Assembly (NCBI RefSeq): GCF_000006765.1
Contig: NC_002516.2
Direction: 5' to 3' (one strand)
Length of the DNA: 64,000 nt
Source of the DNA: Pseudomonas aeruginosa PAO1
GTDB taxonomy: Bacteria; Pseudomonadota; Gammaproteobacteria; Pseudomonadales; Pseudomonadaceae
Both the position numbers and the translations under genes were made by a program. Positions within the stretch are counted from its first letter, which is position 1, and each line of letters starts with the position of its first letter. Below, one piece after another: positions 11,194 through 21,089 of this stretch. The notes below the pieces were generated by a model, which had not been told where the DNA came from, searched no databases, and was given only the letters and a program-made list of their open reading frames with translations.

Positions 11194-12792
11194 ATGCGAC
11201 CACGCTCTGCCCTGCGCTACAGCCTGCTGCTGCTCGCCCTCGCCGCCAGCGCCGCCATCCAGGCCCAGCCGAAGACCCTGGCGGTGTGCACCGAAGCGGC
11301 GCCGGAAGGGTTCGATCCGGCCCGCTATACCTCCGGCTACACCTTCGACGCCTCAGCCCATCCGCTGTACAACGCGCTGGCCGCGTTCGCTCCGGGCAGC
11401 GCCACGGTGATCCCGGCCCTGGCGGAAAGCTGGGACGTCTCCGCTGACGGCCTCGTCTACACCTTCCGCCTGCGCCAAGGCGTGAAATTCCACAGCACCG
11501 ACTACTTCAAGCCAACCCGCGAATTCGACGCCGACGACGTGCTGTTCAGCTTCCAGCGCATGCTCGATCCGCAGCACCCCGCCCACGACCTTTCGCCCAG
11601 CGGCTACCCCTACGCCGACGCCATGCAACTGCGCGACATCATCGAGCGCATCGAGAAGATCGACGAACATCAGGTGCGCTTCGTCCTCAAGCACCCGGAG
11701 GCGCCGTTCCTTGCCGACCTGGCCATGCCGTTCGGCTCGATCCTCTCCGCCGAATATGCCGGCCAGTTGATCGCCAGGGGCAAGGGCGACGAACTCAACA
11801 GCAAGCCGATCGGCACCGGCCCGTTCGTCTTCACCCGCTACCGCAAGGATGCCCAGGTGCGCTACGCAGCCAACCCCGACTACTGGAAGGGCAAGCCGGC
11901 CATCGACCACCTGGTGCTGGCGATCACCCTCGACCCCAACGTGCGCGTGCAGCGCCTGCGCCGCAACGAATGCCAGATCGCCCTGACGCCCAAGCCCGAA
12001 GACGTCGCCGCGTTACGCCAGGACCCGCAACTGACGGTGCTGGAAGAAGCGGCGATGATCACCTCACACGCCGCGATCAACACCCGGCACGAACCGTTCG
12101 ACGACCCGCGCGTGCGCCGGGCGATCGCCATGGGCTTCAACAAGTCGTCCTACCTGAAGATCGTCTTCGGCGACCAGGCCCGCCCGGCCATCGGCCCCTA
12201 CCCGCCGATGCTGCTCGGCTACGACGACAGCATCCGCGACTGGCCCTACGACCCCGAACGGGCCAAGGCCCTGCTGAAGGAAGCCGGCGTCACCCCGGAC
12301 ACACCCCTGAACCTCTACATCAGCACCGGCAGCGGCCCCGGCGGCAACCCGGCGCGAGTGGCGCAACTGATCCAGTCCGACCTGGCCGCCATCGGCATCC
12401 GGGTGAACATCCGCCAGTTCGAGTGGGGCGAGATGGTCAAGCGCACCAAGGCCGGCGAACACGACATGATGCTCTACAGCTGGATCGGCGATAACGGCGA
12501 CCCGGACAACTTCCTCACCCACAACCTCGGCTGCGCCTCGGTGGAGTCCGGGGAAAATCGCGCGCGCTGGTGCGACAAGGGCTTCGACGAAGCCATCCGC
12601 AAGGCGCGCATGAGCAACGACGAGAGCCAACGGGTAGCGCTGTACAAGGAAGCGCAGCGGATCTTCCACGAGCAGATGCCCTGGTTGCCGCTGGCGCATC
12701 CTTTGATGTTCGACGCGCAACGCAAGAACGTCAGCGGCTACCGCATGAGCCCGATGTCGGCGCGGGACTTTTCGCGGGTGAAGCTGGACTGA
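11194..12792 (+). CDS. dppA2: Dipeptide-binding protein DppA2 (PA4497)
   Basis: ATG 11194 after GAGGAG, 532 aa, SBP family 5. Confidence 0.92.
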
Positions 12793-12798
12793 TCGCTG

Positions 12799-12843
12799 CG
12801 CCGCACGCGGGAAGCCCTGGTCCTTGCCTTCCCGCGTGCGGCG
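12799..12843. terminator. 16-bp stem between convergent dppA2 and mdpA
   Basis: CGCCGCACGCGGGAAG ... CTTCCCGCGTGCGGCG perfect inverted repeat. Confidence 0.65.
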
Positions 12844-12859
12844 TTATCGTTCGGCCGGA

Positions 12860-14077
12860 TCAGCCGCCGAGGCCGAAGGGATCGTCGATGGACGGGCTCG
12901 GTTGGGTGAACCAGCGCGGTCCTTCCTTCGTCATGTAGAAGTGATCCTCCAGGCGAATGCCGAACTCGCCGGGCACGCAGATCATCGGTTCGTTGCTGAA
13001 GCACATGCCGACATCCAGCGGCGTGCGATCGCCACGCACCAGGTACGGGCCTTCGTGGACGTCCATGCCGATGCCATGCCCGGTGCGGTGCGGCAGGCCA
13101 GGCAGGCGGTAGTCCGGCCCCAGGCCGTTGGCCTCCAGCGAACGCCGCGCGGCGGCGTCCACCGCCTCGCAGGGCTGGCCCAGACGCGCGGCCTCGAAGG
13201 CCGCCAGTTGGGCGTCGCGCTCCATCCCCCAGAATTCGCGCTGGCGTGCGCTAGGCGTGCCGAACACATAGCTGCGGGTGATATCCGACTGGTAGCCGTG
13301 GACCTGGCAGCCGGTATCGATCAGCACCATGTCGCCATCCTTCAGCACCTGCGCATGCTTCACCCCATGCGGGAAGGCACTGGCGGCACCGAACAGGACG
13401 ATGCAGAAGGTCGAACCGGGCGCGCCCACCTTGCGGTGCGCCTGGTGGATGAACTCGGCGACTTCGGTGGTGCTGATGCCTTCGCGAAGAATGCTCGCCG
13501 CGGCCTTCTGCACTTCCAGGGTCATGTCCTTGGCCCGCTGCATCAGCGCCAGCTCCTCGGCCGACTTGCGCATCCGTCCCTGGTCGATCAGCGGCGCGGC
13601 GCTGACGAAGTTCCTGCCCGGCGCCTGTTGGCGCAAGCGCTCGAACATGCCGAACGGCAGGCTCGGACACAGTGCGACCGTGCTGCGCTCGCCCACGCCG
13701 AGCGCCTCCAGGCGATCGAGCAGCAGGCGATAGGGATCCTGGTGTTCCTCCCAGGTGTGGATGGCGCCATCGACCACCTGGAAGTCGCGCACCGTACCTT
13801 CCTCGAAGGCCGGCGCAAGGTATTCGAGGGCGCCCTCGGCGGGCAGTAGAGCACCCACCAGGCGTTCACTGGGGTGCCATTGCACGCCGCTGAAGTAACG
13901 CAGGTTGCTGCCTGCATGCAGGTACGCCGCGGCGATGCCATGCTCGCCCATCCACGCCTGGGCCGCGGCGATTCGCGCACGGTAAGACGCCAGGCCGATC
14001 GGCTGCGCGCCGTCCATCATGTTCCGCAGACGCTCCAGCGCCTGCGCAGGGGTACTCCCGCCAACACCCACGGTCAT
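12860..14077 (-). CDS. mdpA: M24 metallo-dipeptidase (Xaa-Pro peptidase family) MdpA (PA4498)
   Basis: 405 aa; M24 motifs DTG..SDITR, HRTGHGIGMDVHE, NEP, GIRLED. Confidence 0.92.
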   Translation of the reverse strand: MTVGVGGSTPAQALERLRNMMDGAQPIGLASYRARIAAAQAWMGEHGIAAAYLHAGSNLRYFSGVQWHPSERLVGALLPAEGALEYLAPAFEEGTVRDFQVVDGAIHTWEEHQDPYRLLLDRLEALGVGERSTVALCPSLPFGMFERLRQQAPGRNFVSAAPLIDQGRMRKSAEELALMQRAKDMTLEVQKAAASILREGISTTEVAEFIHQAHRKVGAPGSTFCIVLFGAASAFPHGVKHAQVLKDGDMVLIDTGCQVHGYQSDITRSYVFGTPSARQREFWGMERDAQLAAFEAARLGQPCEAVDAAARRSLEANGLGPDYRLPGLPHRTGHGIGMDVHEGPYLVRGDRTPLDVGMCFSNEPMICVPGEFGIRLEDHFYMTKEGPRWFTQPSPSIDDPFGLGG

Positions 14078-14107
14078 TTGTTGTTCTCCTCGTCTGGACC
14101 GGGCTGA

Positions 14108-14162
14108 AATTTAAGTCGAGCTTAAATTCAGGTCAAAACAAATTTTCAGTCACACTTAAAAA
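14108..14162 (-). promoter_or_regulatory. mdpA sigma70 promoter (TTGACC-N17-TAAATT) with two palindromic operator copies (14108-14128, 14142-14162)
   Basis: -35 at 14131-14136 and -10 at 14108-14113 on the minus strand. The perfect AATTTAAG-N5-CTTAAATT palindrome covers the spacer and -10. Confidence 0.7.
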
Positions 14163-14244
14163 TAGGGGTTCGGGTAGTTCATCTGTCAGACTTTATTGAC
14201 GCCCCGCGCTGGGTATACTGCGCCTTTCAACAAGAGTCTCCCCA

Positions 14245-14808
14245 ATGACCGTAGACCGCATCGGCGAACGCCTGCGTCGCTATCGCCGCGCCGCCAAGAA
14301 GACCCTGCACCAAGTCGCCAGCGAATCCGGTCTCACCGCGAGCTTCCTCTCCCAGGCGGAGCGCAACCTCACCGGTGTATCGATCTCTTCCCTGGCCAAC
14401 ATCGCCAAGTCGCTGAATATCCCGCTCAATGCCCTGTTCGACCAACCGGCACAACCCCAGCCCGACTCCCACGAAGGCGAGCGGGTACGCTACACCATCG
14501 AGGGCCAGCCGCTGGCCTACGAACGCCTGTCCAGCTCCTTCCCCGGCAACCTGATCAATGCGGTCAAGATGAACATGCCGGTGGGCTACCAGTCGGAGCT
14601 GATCTCCCATGAGGGCGCCGAGTTCTCCTACGTCCTGTCCGGGCAGATCGTCTACACCATCGAGGGGCGCCAGTACCCCCTCGGCGCCGGCGACTCGGTG
14701 CACTTCGACGCGACCAAGACCCATTGCCTGGCCAACGTCGGCAGCGATGTGGCGGAAGTCCTGACCATCACCACCATGGGCCTGTTCGACGACCATCCGA
14801 CGCCCTGA
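14245..14808 (+). CDS. psdR: XRE-HTH/cupin transcriptional repressor PsdR (PA4499)
   Basis: 187 aa; N-terminal XRE HTH (IGERLRRYR..SFLSQAERN) and C-terminal cupin (HEGAEFSYVLSG). Lies between mdpA and dppA3. Confidence 0.92.
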   Translation: MTVDRIGERLRRYRRAAKKTLHQVASESGLTASFLSQAERNLTGVSISSLANIAKSLNIPLNALFDQPAQPQPDSHEGERVRYTIEGQPLAYERLSSSFPGNLINAVKMNMPVGYQSELISHEGAEFSYVLSGQIVYTIEGRQYPLGAGDSVHFDATKTHCLANVGSDVAEVLTITTMGLFDDHPTP

Positions 14809-14861
14809 GCCAGTCCGTAGCGCACCTTCCCATCCTGTCAGGCAAACGTTTTCGCAAGAGA

Positions 14862-14914
14862 AATGTTAGTCGTGCTTAATTTTCGTTGACAACAATTTCA
14901 GCATGACTTAATTT
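14862..14914 (+). promoter_or_regulatory. dppA3 sigma70 promoter (TTGACA-N17-TAATTT) with two operator copies (14862-14882, 14894-14914)
   Basis: Perfect -35 at 14886-14891, -10 at 14909-14914. AATTTCAG-N5-CTTAATTT matches the mdpA palindrome at 14/16 positions. Confidence 0.7.
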
Positions 14915-15073
14915 CGGCATCAGCGAATCGTCGACCAACAACAAACGGACGATCGCTGTCGCCGCACAGGGTCCATGGCTGTCACCCGCCATCCATGGAA
15001 AGGCGAGAGTTGCCATGGCCCATAAGGCCGATCCTCAGACGATGCCCTTAGAAAAAGAAAAAATGAGGTTTGC

Positions 15074-16675
15074 ATGCGTAAGATCCTTCCCCTTCGGGCC
15101 TGGCTGGCAGCCGGTCTGATCCTCGGCTCCCCGTTCTCCCACGCCGCCAGCAACCTGGTGTTCTGCTCGGAGGGCAGCCCGGCCGGCTTCGATCCCGCCC
15201 AGTACACCACCGGCACCGACTACGACGCGACCTCGGTCACCCTGTTCAACCGCCTCGTCCAGTTCGAGCGCGGCGGCACCCGGGCGATCCCGGCCCTGGC
15301 GGAAAGCTGGGACATCGGCGACGACGGCAAGACCTACACCTTCCACCTGCGCAAGGGTGTGAAGTTCCACAGCACCGACTACTTCAAGCCGACCCGCGAA
15401 TTCAACGCCGACGATGTGCTGTTCACCTTCCAGCGCATGCTCGACAAGAATCATCCGTTCCGCAAGGCCTACCCCACCGAGTTTCCCTACTTCACCGACA
15501 TGGGCCTGGACAAGAACATCGCCAGGGTCGAGAAGCTCGACGAGCACAGGGTGAAGTTCACCCTCAACGAGGTCGACGCCGCCTTCATCCAGAACCTGGC
15601 GATGGACGTCGCCTCGATCCAGTCCGCCGAGTACGCCGGGCAGTTGCTCGAGGCCGGCAAGCCACAGCAGATCAACCAGAAGCCGATCGGCACCGGGCCT
15701 TTCATCCTGAGCCGCTACCAGAAGGATGCGCAGATCCGCTTCAAGGGCAACAAGGACTACTGGAAACCCGAAGACGTGAAGATCGACAACCTGATCTTCT
15801 CGATCAACACCGACGCCGCGGTGCGCGCGCAGAAGCTCAAGGCCGGCGAGTGCCAGATCACCCTCAACCCACGCCCCGCCGATCTCAAGGCCCTGCAGGA
15901 AGCGGCGAACCTGAAGGTGCCCTCGCAGCCAGGCTTCAACCTCGGCTACATCGCCTACAACGTCACCCACAAGCCGTTCGACCAGCTCGAAGTACGCCAG
16001 GCGCTAGACATGGCGGTGAACAAGCAGGCCATCATCGACGCCGTCTACCAGGGTGCCGGGCAACTGGCGGTGAACGGCATGCCGCCGACCCAGTGGTCCT
16101 ATGATGAAACCATCAAGGACGCCCCGTTCGATCCGGCCAAGGCCCGGGAACTGCTGAAGAAGGCCGGCGTCGCCGAGGGCACCGAGATCACCCTGTGGGC
16201 GATGCCGGTGCAGCGTCCCTACAACCCCAACGCCAAGCTGATGGCCGAGATGATCCAGGCCGACTGGGCGAAGATCGGCATCAAGGCCAGGATCGTCAGC
16301 TACGAATGGGGCGAGTACATCAAGCGCGCCCACGCCGGCGAGCACGACGCCATGCTGTTCGGCTGGACCGGCGACAACGGCGATCCGGACAACTGGCTGG
16401 CGACCCTCTACGGCTGCGACTCGATCAACGGCAACAACGTATCGAAATGGTGCGACGCGGCCTACGACAAGCTGGTCAAGGCTGCCAAGCGGGTCTCCGA
16501 CCAGGACAAGCGCAGCGAGCTGTACAAGCAGGCCCAGCACATCCTCAAGGAGCAGGTGCCGATCACCCCGATCGCCCACTCCACCGTCTACCAGCCGATG
16601 AGCAAGTCGGTCCACGGCTTCAAGATCAGTCCCTTCTCGCGGAACGCCTTCTATGGCGTAGCCAACCAGCCCTGA
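15074..16675 (+). CDS. dppA3: Dipeptide-binding protein DppA3 (PA4500)
   Basis: 533 aa, SBP family 5, close paralog of DppA1. Confidence 0.93.
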   Translation: MRKILPLRAWLAAGLILGSPFSHAASNLVFCSEGSPAGFDPAQYTTGTDYDATSVTLFNRLVQFERGGTRAIPALAESWDIGDDGKTYTFHLRKGVKFHSTDYFKPTREFNADDVLFTFQRMLDKNHPFRKAYPTEFPYFTDMGLDKNIARVEKLDEHRVKFTLNEVDAAFIQNLAMDVASIQSAEYAGQLLEAGKPQQINQKPIGTGPFILSRYQKDAQIRFKGNKDYWKPEDVKIDNLIFSINTDAAVRAQKLKAGECQITLNPRPADLKALQEAANLKVPSQPGFNLGYIAYNVTHKPFDQLEVRQALDMAVNKQAIIDAVYQGAGQLAVNGMPPTQWSYDETIKDAPFDPAKARELLKKAGVAEGTEITLWAMPVQRPYNPNAKLMAEMIQADWAKIGIKARIVSYEWGEYIKRAHAGEHDAMLFGWTGDNGDPDNWLATLYGCDSINGNNVSKWCDAAYDKLVKAAKRVSDQDKRSELYKQAQHILKEQVPITPIAHSTVYQPMSKSVHGFKISPFSRNAFYGVANQP

Positions 16676-16685
16676 TGCCGACGCC

Positions 16686-16710
16686 GCCCCGGTCGTGAAA
16701 CGACCGGGGC
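16686..16710 (+). terminator. Hairpin after dppA3
   Basis: GCCCCGGTCGT-gaa-ACGACCGGGGC, 11-bp stem. Confidence 0.6.
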
Positions 16711-16900
16711 GCAGAAGAACGGCACGACTTCGTACTTCATTTTTTTGCTTTTCCTGCCCGTGTTCCAGAACGGCGCTACGCGCGTTCCGCCAGGAACGCT
16801 CGCCGCGCCGTCTTCGACCGCCGCGCCCCGGCGCAGGCGAAACCGGCGCAAACCTGGTGGTGAAACAGGTGCCAACGACAACAATAAAGGGAGCAATCAG

Positions 16901-18355
16901 GTGATGAGAAACCAACGTGTGACCAGCGCTACGCTGGGACTGGCCTTGCTGGCTGCGAGCGCGCCGGGCTGGGCGGCCGACGAGCAGGAAAACCCGCCGG
17001 CCCCGGACAACCCGAGCTACGCCGCCGAAGTGCAGAGCATTCCCAGCGTGGCGAAGCCGATCAAGGGCCAGGCCGGCGCCACCGGGCTGGTCGAAGGCCA
17101 GAGCCTGACCCTGACCACCCGCAACTTCTACTCGCGGGAAAACATGAAGGACAGCTTCACCTTCCGCATTCCCAAGGCCGGCGGCGGCTCCCAGCGCATC
17201 CACCAGCGCAACGCCTGGGTCCAGGGCACCGTTCTCAAGTACAGCTCGGGCTACACCCAGGGCACCGTCGGCTTCGGTTTCGACGTCGCGGCATTCAACG
17301 AGATCGCCCTGGAGCGCGGCAAGGGCCGCATCGGCGGCGGCGGCAACCGGACCCTGGCGAACAGCGACGGAGAGGCGCTCGGCGAGTGGTCCAAGCTGGG
17401 CGTCGCCAACATCCGCCTGCGCGCCTCCAACACCGAATTCAAGGCCGGTCGCTTCCTGGTCAACACTCCGGTGTTCAGCTACATCGACAACCGCGCCCTG
17501 CCCTCCAGCTTCACCGGCTTCGCCGTGACCAGCGAGGAGCTGGACAACCTCAGCCTGCAGGCCGGCAGCTTCCGCAAGGTCAGCCCGCGGACCGGCTCCG
17601 GCGACGAGGACATGACCACCGAGTACGGCACCCGCCAGGTCAAGGGCGACCGCCTGAACTACCTCGGCGGCAACTACAAGCCGCTCGACGGACTGGAGAT
17701 ATCGCTCTACGGCTCGCACTTCCAGGACGTCTGGAACCAGTACTACCTCGGGGTCACCCACGACATCGGCGACCTCGAGAACGGCATCGCCCTGCGCACC
17801 GCCTTCAACGGCTACCACACCGGCGACACCGGCGCGCGCGAAGCCGGCTACATCGACAACGACACCTGGAGCCTGGCCTTCACCCTCGGCCATCGCGCCC
17901 ACGCCCTGACCCTGGCCTACCAGCAGGTCGACGGCAACGAATACTTCGACTACGTGCACGAGACCTCGGCGATCTTCCTCGCCAACTCGATGCTCGCCGA
18001 CTACAACAGCCCCAACGAGAAATCCGCGCAGATCCGCTACGAGACCGACTGGAGCTACTACGGGGTCCCCGGCCTGAGCACCGGGGTGTGGTACGTGAAG
18101 GGCTGGGACATCGACGGCACCCACTACGACGGCGACCGCAACGGCGCCTACGGCAACTATGCCGAGGTGCGCGCCCAGGACGGCGAGAAACACCACGAAC
18201 TGGGCCTGATGGCGGCCTACAAGGTGCAGAACGGCCCGATCAAGGACAGCACCTTCAAGCTCACCTACATGATGCACAAGGCCAGCCAGAACCAGATCGA
18301 CGGCAGCGTCAACGAACTGCGCCTGGTCAGCACCTTCCCCTTCAACCTGCTGTAA
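16901..18355 (+). CDS. opdP: OprD-family porin OpdP (also called OpdD; PA4501)
   Basis: GTG 16901 (or ATG 16904) after GGGAG. Signal peptide, OprD motifs (RNFY, WVQG...[20 protein letters not shown]), C-terminal Phe near the end. Confidence 0.9.
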   Translation: MMRNQRVTSATLGLALLAASAPGWAADEQENPPAPDNPSYAAEVQSIPSVAKPIKGQAGATGLVEGQSLTLTTRNFYSRENMKDSFTFRIPKAGGGSQRIHQRNAWVQGTVLKYSSGYTQGTVGFGFDVAAFNEIALERGKGRIGGGGNRTLANSDGEALGEWSKLGVANIRLRASNTEFKAGRFLVNTPVFSYIDNRALPSSFTGFAVTSEELDNLSLQAGSFRKVSPRTGSGDEDMTTEYGTRQVKGDRLNYLGGNYKPLDGLEISLYGSHFQDVWNQYYLGVTHDIGDLENGIALRTAFNGYHTGDTGAREAGYIDNDTWSLAFTLGHRAHALTLAYQQVDGNEYFDYVHETSAIFLANSMLADYNSPNEKSAQIRYETDWSYYGVPGLSTGVWYVKGWDIDGTHYDGDRNGAYGNYAEVRAQDGEKHHELGLMAAYKVQNGPIKDSTFKLTYMMHKASQNQIDGSVNELRLVSTFPFNLL

Positions 18356-18404
18356 ACCTGCGACAACCGGCGGCCCCGGCGACGGGGCCCACGAGGAGGA
18401 CCCC

Positions 18405-20000
18405 ATGCTCCATCCGTTGCTCCGACACCTGCCCCTGGCCCTGGCGCTATGCGCCGCCGGCGCGGCCCAGGCGAAGAACCTGGTGGTCTGCACCGAGGCC
18501 AGCCCGGAAGGCTTCGATATCGTCCAGTACACCGGCGCGGTGACCGCCGACGCCTCCGCGGAAACCGTGTTCAACCGCCTGCTCGCCTTCCGCCCCGGCA
18601 CCACCGAGGTGATCCCGGGGCTGGCCGAGCGCTGGGACGTCAGCGCCGACGGACTGAGCTATACCTTCCACCTGCGCCCCGGCGTGAAATTCCATACCAC
18701 CGACTACTTCAAGCCGACCCGGAGCCTGAATGCCGATGATGTGCTGTGGACCTTCCAGCGCGCCCTCGATCCGAAGCATCCCTGGCATGCCTCGGCGCTG
18801 CGCGGCTACGCCTACTTCGACGCGATGGGCATGGGCGAGCTGATCAAGTCGGTGGAAAAGGTCGACGAGCTCACCGTGCGCTTCGTCCTCAACCGTCCCG
18901 AAGCGCCGTTCCTGCGCGATATGGCGATGCCCTTCGCGTCCATCTATTCCGCCGAGTACGGCGACCAGTTGCTCGCCGCCGGCAAGCTGGGCCAGCTGAA
19001 CAACCAGCCGATCGGCACCGGGCCGTTCGTCTTCAAGCGCTACGCCAAGGACGCCCAGGTCCGCTACACGGCGAACCCGGACTACTACGCCGGCAAGCCG
19101 CCGATCGACAACCTGGTGTTCGCCATTACCCTCGATCCCAACGTGCGCATGCAGAAGGTCCGTGCCGGCGAGTGCCAGGTCTCGCTGTACCCGAAACCGG
19201 AGGACGTGCCGCGCCTGAAGCAGGACCCGAACCTGGCGGTGGACGAGATCGATGCCCTGCTGACCACCTACATCGCCATCAACACCCAACACAAGCCGCT
19301 CGACGACCCGCGCGTGCGCCAGGCGATCAACCTCGCGCTGGACAAGAAGGCCATGCTCGACGCGGTGTTCGGCCCCGGCGCGGCCAGTCCGGCGGTCGGT
19401 CCCTATCCCCCGACCCTGCTCGGCTACAACCATTCGATCCAGGACTGGCCGCACGATCCCGAACGCGCCAGGGCGCTGCTCAAGGAAGCCGGTGCGGAAA
19501 ATCTCAGGATCACCCTGTTCATTCGCAACGGCACCTCGCCTACCATCCCCAACCCCGCCCTGGCGGCACAGATGCTGCAAGCAGACCTGGCCAAGGCCGG
19601 CATCCAGCTGACCATCCGTTCCCTGGAATGGGGCGAGCTGCTCAAGCGTTCGAAGGCCGGCGAGCACGACCTGTCGCTGCTTGGCTGGGCCGGCGACAAC
19701 GGCGACCCGGACAACTTCCTCAGCCCGAACCTGAGCTGCGCCGCCGCCGAGTCGGGTGAAAACCAGGCGCGCTGGTGCGACAAGGACTTCGAGGCGCTGA
19801 TGCGCAAGGCCCGCGAGGTGAGCGATCCGGCCGAGCGGGCGAAACTGTACGAGCAGGCCCAGGTGGTATTCCACGAACAGGCCCCATGGATACCGCTGGC
19901 CTACCCGAAGCTGTTCAACGTCCGGCGGAACACGGTGCAGGGCTACGTGATCAATCCGTTGAGCAACAACAACTTCGCCACCACCTCGGTGAAGCCGTAG
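18405..20000 (+). CDS. dppA4: Dipeptide-binding protein DppA4 (PA4502)
   Basis: 531 aa, SBP family 5, SD GAGGAGG. Confidence 0.92.
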   Translation: MLHPLLRHLPLALALCAAGAAQAKNLVVCTEASPEGFDIVQYTGAVTADASAETVFNRLLAFRPGTTEVIPGLAERWDVSADGLSYTFHLRPGVKFHTTDYFKPTRSLNADDVLWTFQRALDPKHPWHASALRGYAYFDAMGMGELIKSVEKVDELTVRFVLNRPEAPFLRDMAMPFASIYSAEYGDQLLAAGKLGQLNNQPIGTGPFVFKRYAKDAQVRYTANPDYYAGKPPIDNLVFAITLDPNVRMQKVRAGECQVSLYPKPEDVPRLKQDPNLAVDEIDALLTTYIAINTQHKPLDDPRVRQAINLALDKKAMLDAVFGPGAASPAVGPYPPTLLGYNHSIQDWPHDPERARALLKEAGAENLRITLFIRNGTSPTIPNPALAAQMLQADLAKAGIQLTIRSLEWGELLKRSKAGEHDLSLLGWAGDNGDPDNFLSPNLSCAAAESGENQARWCDKDFEALMRKAREVSDPAERAKLYEQAQVVFHEQAPWIPLAYPKLFNVRRNTVQGYVINPLSNNNFATTSVKP

Positions 20001-20067
20001 AAGAACAAGGACCACAGCCCCGCCGCCAGCGGGGCGCACGGTCCGCGATGAGGAGTTACCCGCCACC

Positions 20068-21078
20068 ATGCTTAGTTTCATTGCTCGACGACTGGGGCTG
20101 CTGATCCCCACCTTCTTCGGCGTGACCCTGCTCACCTTCGCGCTGATCCGCCTGATTCCCGGCGACCCGGTGGAAGTGATGATGGGCGAGCGCCGCGTCG
20201 ACCCGCAGATGCACGCCGAGGCCCTGCACCGCCTGGGCCTGGACAAGCCGCTGTACCAGCAGTACCTGGACTATGTCGGCAACCTCGCCCAGGGCAACCT
20301 TGGAAAATCCATACGCACACATGAGCCTGTCTGGAATGAGTTTCTCACGCTATTTTCAGCCACCCTGGAACTTTCATTCGCAGCAATGCTTTTTGCCGGC
20401 ACACTCGGCCTCCTAGCAGGAGTGGTAGCCGCACTCAAGCGAGGTTCGATTTTTGACCACGGAGTAATGACAATATCTCTAGCGGGCTACTCAATGCCGA
20501 TTTTTTGGTGGGGCCTGCTCTTGATCATGCTCTTTTCCGTTTCATTAGGCTGGACTCCTGTTTCTGACCGTATCGGCGTGCTGTATGAGGTGGAGCCGAA
20601 GACCGGCTTCATGCTCATCGACACCCTGCTCTCCGACGAGGAAGGCGCGTTCCTCGACGCCGTGCGCCACCTGATCCTGCCGGCCATCGTGCTGGGCACC
20701 ATCCCGCTGGCGGTGATCGCCCGCATGACCCGCTCGGCGATGCTCGAGGTCCTGCGCGAGGACTACGTGCGCACCGCCCGCGCCAAGGGCTTGTCGCCGG
20801 CCCGGGTGGTCTTCGTGCACGCCCTGCGCAACGCGCTGATCCCGGTGCTGACGGTGTTAGGCCTGCAGGTCGGCACCCTGCTCGCCGGCGCGGTGCTGAC
20901 CGAGACCATCTTCTCCTGGCCGGGCATCGGCAAGTGGCTGATCGACGCCATCAGCGCTCGCGACTACCCGGTGGTGCAGAACGGCATCCTGCTGGTCGCC
21001 ACCCTGGTCATCCTGGTCAATTTCGTCGTGGACATCCTCTACGGCCTGGCCAACCCACGCATTCGCCACCAACGCTGA
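20068..21078 (+). CDS. dppB: Dipeptide ABC permease DppB (PA4503), containing a compositionally atypical internal tract at ~20299-20586
   Basis: 336 aa; LIPGDP, EAA loop ([12 protein letters not shown]), [12 protein letters not shown]. Confidence 0.95.
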   Translation: MLSFIARRLGLLIPTFFGVTLLTFALIRLIPGDPVEVMMGERRVDPQMHAEALHRLGLDKPLYQQYLDYVGNLAQGNLGKSIRTHEPVWNEFLTLFSATLELSFAAMLFAGTLGLLAGVVAALKRGSIFDHGVMTISLAGYSMPIFWWGLLLIMLFSVSLGWTPVSDRIGVLYEVEPKTGFMLIDTLLSDEEGAFLDAVRHLILPAIVLGTIPLAVIARMTRSAMLEVLREDYVRTARAKGLSPARVVFVHALRNALIPVLTVLGLQVGTLLAGAVLTETIFSWPGIGKWLIDAISARDYPVVQNGILLVATLVILVNFVVDILYGLANPRIRHQR

Positions 21079-21089
21079 GGAGCGAGCCG

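Noticed and set aside
14196-14219. TTGACG and TATACT upstream of psdR as a -35/-10 pair
   Set aside because: The spacer is only 12 bp; TATACT may still be a real -10.
20299-20586. Overlapping gene or internal promoter as the explanation for the dppB tract
   Set aside because: The codon-aligned antisense frame is broken by many stops and the track shows no ORF spanning it. TTGACC at 20453 has no properly spaced -10.
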